A DNA stretch of 55,278 bases from Candidatus Bathyarchaeota archaeon B26-2 (GTDB lineage Archaea; Thermoproteota; Bathyarchaeia; Bathyarchaeales; B26-1). The notes under the pieces are model-generated. The model worked only from the letters and a program-made list of their open reading frames with translations, did no database searches and was not told the origin of the DNA. The stretch's first letter is position 1. Each line of letters begins with the position of its first letter. A program made the position numbers and the translations under genes. The DNA lies in assembly GCA_001593935.1 (NCBI GenBank), contig LUCE01000007.1, positions 1 through 55,278 on the forward strand, read 5' to 3'. Below, one piece after another: positions 37,347 to 44,954 of the stretch.

Positions 37347-38267
37347 TTAAATTATGAGGGCCAAGACAGCTTTAGCTGTATGAAGACGGTTCTCCGCTTG
37401 GTCCCAGACGATGGATCGGGGTCCATCGATCACCTCGTCGGTTACCTCCTCACCTCGGCGGGCTGGAAGACAATGCATAAAGACGGCGTCTTCAGCCGCA
37501 TGCTGAAAGAGCTCAGGTCTCACTTGGTACTTTGGTATGAAGGCCTTAAGCCTCTCCTCGCGTTCAGCCTCGGCGCCGATCGATACAAAGGTGTCTGTGT
37601 AGATTACGTTAGCCCCCTTAACGGCCTCTACGGGGTTCTCGACGATCTCGACTGACGAGCCGGATTCTTCAGCGTTCTCTTGGGCCCATTTCAACGCTTT
37701 CTCGTACGGCCGGTATTTGGGTGGACACGCAACCGAGATGTCGACCCCGAGCTTGCTACACCCCACGAGTAAGGAGTTGCAGACGTTGTTTCCATCCCCG
37801 ACGTATGCAACCTTTAAACCCTTCAGGGTTCCCCATCTCTCCCACATGGTGTAGAGGTCTGCGACTATTTGACATGGGTGGAAGAGGTCTGAGAGGGCGT
37901 TTATGACCGGTATGGAAGCGTGCTTCGCCATCTCCTCTAGGTTAACTTGACGGTAGACCCTTGCAACCACTCCGTTGACGTATCGGCTTAAAACGCGTGC
38001 GGTGTCAGCGATAGTCTCACCCCTCCCTAGCTGAGCCTCAGTCCAACCCAAACATAATGGTTGGCCTCCCAACTGATGGACGGCTACCTCAAAGGAGACT
38101 CTTGTCCTCGTCGAAGGTTTCTGGAAGAGGAGGAGCACACTCTTACCCTTGAGAACGTCGCCCAAAGGTTTCGAGGAACCGTTCTTCAATTCACGAGTTG
38201 TTCTGAGGAGCTGCCAAATCTCCTCGCTCGAGAACGACTGTAGAGTTAAGAGGTCTCTACCACGCAA
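37347..38267 (-). CDS. argF: ornithine carbamoyltransferase
   Basis: 306 aa with STRTRVSFE, HPCQ, DGNNV and HCLPA. Confidence 0.9.
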   Translation of the reverse strand: MRGRDLLTLQSFSSEEIWQLLRTTRELKNGSSKPLGDVLKGKSVLLLFQKPSTRTRVSFEVAVHQLGGQPLCLGWTEAQLGRGETIADTARVLSRYVNGVVARVYRQVNLEEMAKHASIPVINALSDLFHPCQIVADLYTMWERWGTLKGLKVAYVGDGNNVCNSLLVGCSKLGVDISVACPPKYRPYEKALKWAQENAEESGSSVEIVENPVEAVKGANVIYTDTFVSIGAEAEREERLKAFIPKYQVRPELFQHAAEDAVFMHCLPARRGEEVTDEVIDGPRSIVWDQAENRLHTAKAVLALII

Positions 38268-38547
38268 AGGTCACACCGAGAGAAGAGAATCCGGGATTCA
38301 TTAAAGTTTTTTGGTTACTCCAATTTTTCCATATCTATTCCGTCACCGCCATCCTTCTCCCTTCCAGACGACATAACCTAGGCTGAGGGAAAGAGAAGCG
38401 AAAGGCAAAAACCAAGGCCTTCTTGTCATGGACGGTTTAGGAGTTAATCTACAGAACATATCCACATTCCCAACCGTCTGGATCGATCTTATGTTCCCTT
38501 CGCACCTGCTCAAAGCGCCTTGGGAATGGTAGCGTTTCTTATGATTC

Positions 38548-39414
38548 TCATAGCCTTCGGATGATTTCCAATGCCTTCTGTTCGTAAATCTTTTGCCATT
38601 CGAGAGCCAGCAAACATTCTGTCGCTTCATATCCTCCTTTACTATATTCTGTTTCGGGAGGACCGTAGTGCAGATAGCCGTTGGAACAGGACACCACGAA
38701 GGTGTGTTTGTAGGGCGAGGCCCTCTTGATGTTCAGACCCACTTCGACAAGCAATTCCGCCGGAGAGGTGATAAGCACACAGTCTCCAATTCTTATACCC
38801 TGCACCTCAGCTGAAATTGTTGGGATACCTGCTTCCTCGTTGATTGTCTGATGCTTCCTCAGCGTGGCGATGTCGTCCTGAATCTTTGCCAACTTTTCCA
38901 TGGTGTAGATGTTCTGGAGGTATCTCTTAATGTTCCTTCGGTTGAAGTCATCCATCGCGCGAAATTCGTCACTACCCCTTTTTTCCGTTTGCAAATATCT
39001 GTAAGAATTGTCTAAAGGATGTTCAGGATAAAGAGCGTACCGCAGGTATAATGACAGAAAGGTCTTGAAGTTCAAGGCGGTGAATCTTAACGATTTCAGT
39101 AACTCCGCCTGCTCCTTCTGTAACTCGGCAATACGCTCCCGCAGTCTTGGCAAAAACTCTTCCCCCACATCGTCGAGTATCCTTTGACTGATTCTTCTAC
39201 TGCCGATGGCTGTGACATCCATAGCGATTATGACCACCTGCGTTGTATCATCGTCTAAAACCAAGGCTTTGGCATATAGTCGATCACGAATCTTCACTCC
39301 CTTTTCATCAGTGGTGATATCGCTCTTAGCCACACCGGCACGCAAGCGCGGCGTGGAATCAAACCCAGTTTCCTCTACGCTTACTAAAGACAGTGTTTTC
39401 CTTTCAGTATCCAT
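38548..39414 (-). CDS. degenerate neutral-ceramidase-like paralog (catalytic core replaced), low GC
   Basis: 288 aa. The N-terminus (LRAGVAKSDIT..DRLYAKALVLDDD..VVIIAMDV) and C-terminus (LLVEVGLNIKRASPYKHTFVVSCSNGYLHYGPP..GGYEA) align with ORF 39636. The middle lacks the CTHTHTGP region. Confidence 0.5.
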   Translation of the reverse strand: MDTERKTLSLVSVEETGFDSTPRLRAGVAKSDITTDEKGVKIRDRLYAKALVLDDDTTQVVIIAMDVTAIGSRRISQRILDDVGEEFLPRLRERIAELQKEQAELLKSLRFTALNFKTFLSLYLRYALYPEHPLDNSYRYLQTEKRGSDEFRAMDDFNRRNIKRYLQNIYTMEKLAKIQDDIATLRKHQTINEEAGIPTISAEVQGIRIGDCVLITSPAELLVEVGLNIKRASPYKHTFVVSCSNGYLHYGPPETEYSKGGYEATECLLALEWQKIYEQKALEIIRRL

Positions 39415-39635
39415 CGAAAACTTCCCTCTACAATTTCATAATCTGAATGTTTGTCATTAGAAAATAGGGAAAGATCTTTTAAGACCTTCCTAAATTATTC
39501 CTAAAACCCTCTAGTATTTGATTTTCGTTCTGAGTCTTTAACACTTCTATCCCAAATTTAGACTACAAATTTAATAACTGTTATGGATAAGAAGGAACGA
39601 AGGTTTGTGAGGACTGAAAAGAGGGGAATGCTCGA

Positions 39636-40961
39636 ATGTTAAGGGCTGGAGCCGCATCTGTGAATATCACCCCTCCGCTGGGGATCGGTATGAGGGGATA
39701 CTTCACTCCTAGAACGGCCAAGGATATCCACGATGACTTATATGCCAAGGCCCTCGTCCTAGACGACGGGGAGACCAAACTCGCCATAGTCGTCTGCGAC
39801 CTCATAGGGGTTGAGAGACACTATCTGGATAAGGCGAAGCACCTGATCCTTAAGAGGGTCGGGATACCGCCCTCAAACGTGCTTATATCTTGTACACACA
39901 CCCATACCGGACCGGTCATAAGCGATATGGACTACGGCGAATTCCTAGCTCAGAAGGTTGCCGACAGCGTACAACTAGCTAACAATAGGCTTAGAGAAGC
40001 CAGAATAGGGTTCGAGAGAGAGGAGGAACCCAAACCTTTGGGGAACAGGAGGTTCTGGATGAAGGATGGAACCGTGAGAACGAACCCGGGTGTACTGAAC
40101 CCGGATATAGTAAAGCCCGCCGGCCCAATCGACCCTGAGGTCGGAGTTATGTGCGTGGAGGAACCCGGAGGCAAGACCATAGCGTTGCTCGTGAACTACG
40201 CTATGCATTATGCGGGTTTAAGTCCGACCGAGAAACGGGAGGACTACTACATGATCTCAGCCGACTACTTCGGAATCTTCTCTAAGATCATCCAGAGAAT
40301 AAAGGGGGAGAACTTCGTAGCGATCCTAGCAAACGGGGCGTGCGCAGACGTAATAATGTTTGACGCCATGAAACCACACAAGAGAGTTAACAAGCTCTTC
40401 GGACACGCGGAGCGTATAGCAGCCCTCGTTGCCGCGAAGGCTTTATGGGCATGGAACCAGATGAAGTTTCACAACTCAGTGAGGCTAGCGTCACTGATGG
40501 AGGAGCTGACGATCCAGAGGAGAATGCCGACCGATGAGGAGATCGAGATGGCTGAGAGGCTTATGAGCGGAGAGATTCCAGCTCGAACCATGAGGGAAAA
40601 CGCCCTAAAGAACTTCTTCGGTCCCAAAATCAAAGAGTTCCTCCAAGCCCCAAGAGAGGTTAGGACCTGGGTTCAAGTCTTGGCCATCGGTAGGCTGGCA
40701 GCCATAGTGGGTCTACCCGGCGAGATCTTCGTTGAGCTCGGCTTGAAGATAAAGGAGAACTCGCCTTTTGAGTACACGTTTGTTGTAGAGTTGGCCAACG
40801 ATTGGGTGGGCTACGTGCCGACTCTCGAAGCCTTCAGACAGAAGGGAGGATACGAGACCACGATAGGCCCCAACAAGCTTGTCCCAGAGGCTGGAGAGAT
40901 GATGGTCGATGCGGCCGTTAGGATGTTGAAGAGTCTATATCAGGATGCAGGGAGAGATTAG
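39636..40961 (+). CDS. neutral/alkaline ceramidase-like hydrolase family protein
   Basis: 441 aa with LRAGAASVNITPPLG..GY, DDLYAKALVLDD, SCTHTHTGP and GGYE. Confidence 0.6.
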   Translation: MLRAGAASVNITPPLGIGMRGYFTPRTAKDIHDDLYAKALVLDDGETKLAIVVCDLIGVERHYLDKAKHLILKRVGIPPSNVLISCTHTHTGPVISDMDYGEFLAQKVADSVQLANNRLREARIGFEREEEPKPLGNRRFWMKDGTVRTNPGVLNPDIVKPAGPIDPEVGVMCVEEPGGKTIALLVNYAMHYAGLSPTEKREDYYMISADYFGIFSKIIQRIKGENFVAILANGACADVIMFDAMKPHKRVNKLFGHAERIAALVAAKALWAWNQMKFHNSVRLASLMEELTIQRRMPTDEEIEMAERLMSGEIPARTMRENALKNFFGPKIKEFLQAPREVRTWVQVLAIGRLAAIVGLPGEIFVELGLKIKENSPFEYTFVVELANDWVGYVPTLEAFRQKGGYETTIGPNKLVPEAGEMMVDAAVRMLKSLYQDAGRD

Positions 40962-40998
40962 AGGGAAAACATTCTAGAAGGCCTTTAAACGAGGGTTC

Positions 40999-41331
40999 TC
41001 ATCGGAAGGTCAGCCACAGTGCCATGTACAGGATGTTTCTGACCACCAAGAAGAGGTTTGTGCCTATGATTAGGTAATAACAGAAGAGAACGGTCTGAGT
41101 GTGGCGGGAATACATTCTAACTAGGATGTATATGTTTACAGCTATGATTAGAAGGCCTACCAACATTAACGCGGGATGGACGCTTATCAAGTACGCCATG
41201 AACGGGTTTCCTTCAAACCCCATACCCTTTGATAGAGCTAAGTAACTCGTTAGGTAATCTAAAGACTTTAGGGAGAACGGTATCTTCAACGCTTCAAGAA
41301 AATCGCTTAAGTTTATCTTCACGCCGCCCAC
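40999..41331 (-). CDS. membrane protein, DUF5658-like
   Basis: 110 aa with a GTG start, a D..LT..L....G..EGNP motif and 3 predicted TM helices. An upstream overlapping 46-aa TM ORF (41294..41434) may belong to the same gene. Confidence 0.5.
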   Translation of the reverse strand: MGGVKINLSDFLEALKIPFSLKSLDYLTSYLALSKGMGFEGNPFMAYLISVHPALMLVGLLIIAVNIYILVRMYSRHTQTVLFCYYLIIGTNLFLVVRNILYMALWLTFR

Positions 41332-41624
41332 CGATCCAGTAGAGGGACCACCCGATGAACCACAGGAAGACGATCGCTGGGAGACAGAAGAGGATAGCCG
41401 ACCTACGTATCCAGTCTCCTCTGGAGGCGCCCATCCACTTCCCTACCTTTCAATAACTCTCCGGTAGGAGGGATAATAAAGTGAGATTTATGTTCTATAT
41501 TAAAGTTATGGAGTAATTAATGAAATCTTCTATTTTTTATAAACACATCTAATGTAAACCAGATGACACAACTACATAGTTTTGCTTCACAAATATTTTT
41601 AGAACGAACCCTAACATCCTCGAT

Positions 41625-41696
41625 GAGGGTCTGAGATTTCTAGTCTTGTGGCCGTCGTCGGAACGGCCTTAAATCTCAGACCTCTTCCTCTTTTTT
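41625..41696 (+). ncRNA. candidate small RNA: long interrupted hairpin followed by a T6 tract
   Basis: GGTCTGAGATTT (41629-41640 region) pairs perfectly with AAATCTCAGACC (41671-41682). An inner stem GGCCGT/ACGGCC (41650-55/41663-68) and a 10-nt internal loop CTAGTCTTGT are present. TTTTTT lies at ~41690-41696 and a TATA-like aaatatttttag at 41591-41602. Confidence 0.3.
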
Positions 41697-41825
41697 GACA
41701 TCCTTCACATTTAACGGAAAAGAGATTATTACGGAACCGCCTTTAGGCCCTCAATTATTCATGGGTTTATAACATAGGTTTCAGCTTCAAAACCTTTAAA
41801 GGCTTAGCCAAAGAGCATACTTAAA

Positions 41826-41921
41826 GGGGGTGGAAGTCGCCGGACGCCGCTTCGGGTCTAGGATCACCACCGGGAAGTCGCGCAGAAGACCCTTTTCATG
41901 TTTGGGGGTGACTCCGCCCCC
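41826..41921. ncRNA. candidate structured RNA (GC-rich ~96-nt element closed by a 12-bp stem), class unknown
   Basis: GGGGGTGGAAGTC (41826-38) pairs with GACTCCGCCCCC (41910-21), with one bulge and one G-U pair. An inner stem GGGTCT/AGACCC and a duplicated GGAAGTCGC are present. It is a GC-rich island in an AT-rich 650-bp spacer. Strand undetermined. Confidence 0.3.
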
Positions 41922-41992
41922 TCCAAGTTCGCTATAATTCTGTTAGTAACATACTTTGGTTTAGACAGCTCATCTCCCTTAAGTAACGCCTT

Positions 41993-43696
41993 TTAGAGCT
42001 TAGCCTTCTTCTCGAACTGTTTCTCGTAGATTCTCCGAACCTTCTGGATTGTGTCGGCTTCTTCAGGAGACTTGTCATCGCGAATCCTCGTTATACGGGC
42101 GAAGCGTAGGGCCATGCCGCATTTATACTTTGGACTTTTCTGAATCTCGTTATAAGCAACCTCGACGACGATTCGAGGTTTAACCACGACCCTGTGGCCC
42201 TCCTCCCTTACGGCAAGCCTCTTAAGCCGCTCAGTCATCTCGATTATCTCCTGGTCCGTTAACCCCTTGAAGGTCTTACCTACAACTAGGAGCTCACCGG
42301 TTTCTTCATCTCTAGCCGCCAGATAATAGTCTGAGAGCCATCCGTGTCGACGGCCGTAACCGTACTCGGCAGCCGTAATAACCAGGTCTAGAGGCTCAAG
42401 AGGCTCCTTGATCTTGAACCAATGTTTACCCCTGACGCCTGGCTTGTAGGGACTGTCAAGCCTCTTAGCCATCAGACCCTCATGTCCCATCTCTATAGCC
42501 CTCTTAAGGAACTCCTCGGCCTCTGCAGGGTTGCCGGTCACGAGCTGCTCCGTGAGAGGTATACCTTCCACAACCTTCGAGAGCCTATTTCTACGTTTCA
42601 AGTATGGTTCATCGATGAGGCTCTCACCATCTACATAGAGGAGGTCGAAGAGGTAAAGCTTAACAGGAATCTCTTGAACCATCCTATCGACTTCGTAGAC
42701 CCTGCGGAAGCGGCGCATTAAATGTTGGAACGGCAGTGGGTGACCGTCTCCTCCAACGGCTATAACTTCGCCCTCAAGGACGGCGTCATGAACTTTGACG
42801 CCTTCCCGAACCGCTTGAACGATCTCGGGGAGACTCTCAGTGACGTCTGTGAGCCTACGGCTGAATATTTTAACTTCCTCACCGACCTTATGTATCTGGA
42901 TTCGGGCGCCGTCCAGCTTATACTCGAAGGCTGTCTTGCCTCCATGCTCCCTTATCGCTTCGTCAGGGCTTTCAGCCATCTGGGCGAGCATCGGCTTCAA
43001 AGGCCTCATTAAACGGAATCCTATCCTCGAGAGAGCCTCCTCGCCATATTCTCTGAGGAGGCTTGCAACCTCGCCGACATCTCCCGTCAGCATGCTGGCC
43101 TTCTGGACGGCTTCCAGCGGGGTCGAGAACGCCTTCGAGACGGCGAGCTCCATTAATCCTTCTTGGAATCCCGTTCTCATCTCGCCGATCATAATCTTGA
43201 CGAGGTACTTCGCCTCTATGGGGCTGGCTCTACCTAGGAGGCTCTCGACGAGGCGGTCCTTCCTCTCTCTAGACCCTTGGCCGGACGCCTCTGCAATCGC
43301 CTCTAAGATTCTCCTAACCTCGAGTATGGAGAGGGGTCTCTCGAAGAGTACGGCTTGTCTCCCAACCTTACTTGACTCGAAGATCGACTTGACTGTCGAC
43401 CCCAAGTCTCCGGTATCCCTAAAGACCTTAGAGAATCGCCTCCAATCGACATCCGTTAAGCGTTTAATCACGTTACTTAAGGTCGCCCAGCTTATGTCTA
43501 GGGTTCTCGGGTCCCACCTTGGGAAGGCCCTCCCGAGGATCATCGAGACGGCGGGCTCAACCTCTTCACTGTCTAGACGCTTCAAGAACTCGGCAGCCAT
43601 CTCAACTTTAACGTTACGTTTCGTCGTCGACGAGAGCCGTTCACAGAGCTCAGAGAGAACCCTAAACTCCACCTTCGGCAAGGCCTCCCATAACAC
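41993..43696 (-). CDS. lig: ATP-dependent DNA ligase
   Basis: 567 aa with the adenylation motif EYKLDGARIQIH, plus EGLMAK and an OB-fold C-terminus. Confidence 0.9.
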   Translation of the reverse strand: MLWEALPKVEFRVLSELCERLSSTTKRNVKVEMAAEFLKRLDSEEVEPAVSMILGRAFPRWDPRTLDISWATLSNVIKRLTDVDWRRFSKVFRDTGDLGSTVKSIFESSKVGRQAVLFERPLSILEVRRILEAIAEASGQGSRERKDRLVESLLGRASPIEAKYLVKIMIGEMRTGFQEGLMELAVSKAFSTPLEAVQKASMLTGDVGEVASLLREYGEEALSRIGFRLMRPLKPMLAQMAESPDEAIREHGGKTAFEYKLDGARIQIHKVGEEVKIFSRRLTDVTESLPEIVQAVREGVKVHDAVLEGEVIAVGGDGHPLPFQHLMRRFRRVYEVDRMVQEIPVKLYLFDLLYVDGESLIDEPYLKRRNRLSKVVEGIPLTEQLVTGNPAEAEEFLKRAIEMGHEGLMAKRLDSPYKPGVRGKHWFKIKEPLEPLDLVITAAEYGYGRRHGWLSDYYLAARDEETGELLVVGKTFKGLTDQEIIEMTERLKRLAVREEGHRVVVKPRIVVEVAYNEIQKSPKYKCGMALRFARITRIRDDKSPEEADTIQKVRRIYEKQFEKKAKL

Positions 43697-43766
43697 AGCA
43701 GTTGAGAAACCTCAAGCGGGGCCTCAGAGAAGAAGTTAAGGGGAACCGGAGAAACCTCACCCTTTG

Positions 43767-44711
43767 TTAGGGCACACCCCAGATTCTATCTATCTCCTCT
43801 TGAATCTCCCTCTTCTTCCGCTCGTACTCTTCGATCGATATTTCGCTTACTCTGTAGCGTGCGTGGAGGGCCTCGAGCTGCTCTCTGAGTTGGCGTTCCC
43901 TCTCTTTGCGTTTCCCAATTATCGAGTCGAGGAAGGTGAGGGCTTCCTCTATGTCCGGCCTTATCTTTTCCGCGGATTCTCTGGAGAGTCTCCCTTCACT
44001 TATGAACTTCTCTAGGGATTCGTGGAAGGATTTGATCTTCATCTCTAGGTTGAGAATCTCTCGGGGGGACTTATCGGCGAAGACTCTCTCCAGATGCTCT
44101 ATGTTAGCCTTGAGGCCCTTCATCTCGGATTCAAGCCTTGTTACTTCAGCCTTTAAACCTCTAGACCTCTCCTCGAACGTCACGGCGTCTATCTCACCGA
44201 CCTTATGTCGAGCTTCAAGCTCCTCAAGGCTGAACCGGAGCTCCTCGAGGCGTTTACTCCTCTCCCCGAGCTGAGCTCTCAGCTCCTCAAGCTTACTGAC
44301 ACGCCGGTTCAACATCTCATTCAACTTGCCGCTATACTCGGTGTAGAGCTTCACAAAGACCCTTTCCGAGACCCCTCCGGACTGAAAGAGGTCGAGAAGG
44401 GCGGCTCTCCTATCCTGATAAACCGAGATTCTAGACATTAAGTCACGTACCTCGGCTGCGACCCCGGTTGGAGCCAGAGTAGGAGCCGGCGCTGCTGGAG
44501 GCGCGGTAACAGGGGTTGGAACCCTCGACGGGGCTCTGGGCGGAGCCTTAGGAGTTATTCGAGGTGGAGCCCTAGGTGCAGCCGGAGGGAAAGCCGGAGG
44601 TGCGGATGGTCTCCGAAGTCGTGCGCCACAATATATACAATAAACCATGGCTGGGACGGAACGGCCGCACCTTGGACACGTGATTCTATGCTCTTCTTGG
44701 GCAGACAACAT
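43767..44711 (-). CDS. zinc-ribbon protein with a Pro-rich linker and coiled-coil/SHOCT-like repeats
   Basis: 314 aa with CPRCG..CIYCG, a ~50-aa P/A-rich segment, then heptad-rich sequence containing four G-x-(I/V/L)-S/D-xxx-(F/Y/A) SHOCT-like motifs. Confidence 0.55.
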   Translation of the reverse strand: MLSAQEEHRITCPRCGRSVPAMVYCIYCGARLRRPSAPPAFPPAAPRAPPRITPKAPPRAPSRVPTPVTAPPAAPAPTLAPTGVAAEVRDLMSRISVYQDRRAALLDLFQSGGVSERVFVKLYTEYSGKLNEMLNRRVSKLEELRAQLGERSKRLEELRFSLEELEARHKVGEIDAVTFEERSRGLKAEVTRLESEMKGLKANIEHLERVFADKSPREILNLEMKIKSFHESLEKFISEGRLSRESAEKIRPDIEEALTFLDSIIGKRKERERQLREQLEALHARYRVSEISIEEYERKKREIQEEIDRIWGVP

Positions 44712-44954
44712 ATCAGCCTCTAAACCGTTTTAGATAAGGATGTTCCCAACATACTTATACACGACCGGTTTATAAAAATAATTGCCTACTGAGAGAGGTA
44801 CCCCTCTCCTCTTCATAACGAGGCTCTACTTCCTCTTTAGGAGATTGAAGACCTTCTATGCTAATAGCTAGCGCAGTGAGCTCGACTTACTGGAGACCGT
44901 GAAAGCCTATATGAGCAAAATCCAGATACTTGTTAGAGCTTTGGAGGAAGGAAA

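Noticed and set aside
38343-38630. 95-aa minus ORF between argF and the ceramidase-like gene
   Set aside because: It overlaps the 3' end of the 288-aa ORF out of frame. Its basic low-complexity sequence has no recognisable domain.
41826-41921. GC-rich structured element as 5S rRNA
   Set aside because: It has a terminal helix and a CCGGGAAGTCGC stretch vaguely like the 5S CCGGAAGTTAAGC. But it is about 25 nt too short, and the helix II-V and loop E arrangement cannot be drawn.
41340-41992. Long AT-rich spacer next to the ligase gene as a possible replication origin
   Set aside because: I found no repeated ORB or mini-ORB-like elements flanking the AT-rich stretch and no orc1/cdc6 gene nearby. 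The dyad TCCAG-n6-CTGGA at ~41410 is single-copy and lies inside a plausible small ORF.
42840-43739. 299-aa plus-strand ORF
   Set aside because: It is entirely antisense to the well-supported DNA ligase gene. It is S/L/P/R-rich with no motifs, so it is a shadow ORF.
44487-44610. Pro/Ala-rich coding stretch as a DNA tandem repeat or mobile-element scar
   Set aside because: The repetition is at the amino-acid composition level (APPRAP-like) and is not an exact nucleotide tandem repeat. It lies in frame inside a continuous ORF.
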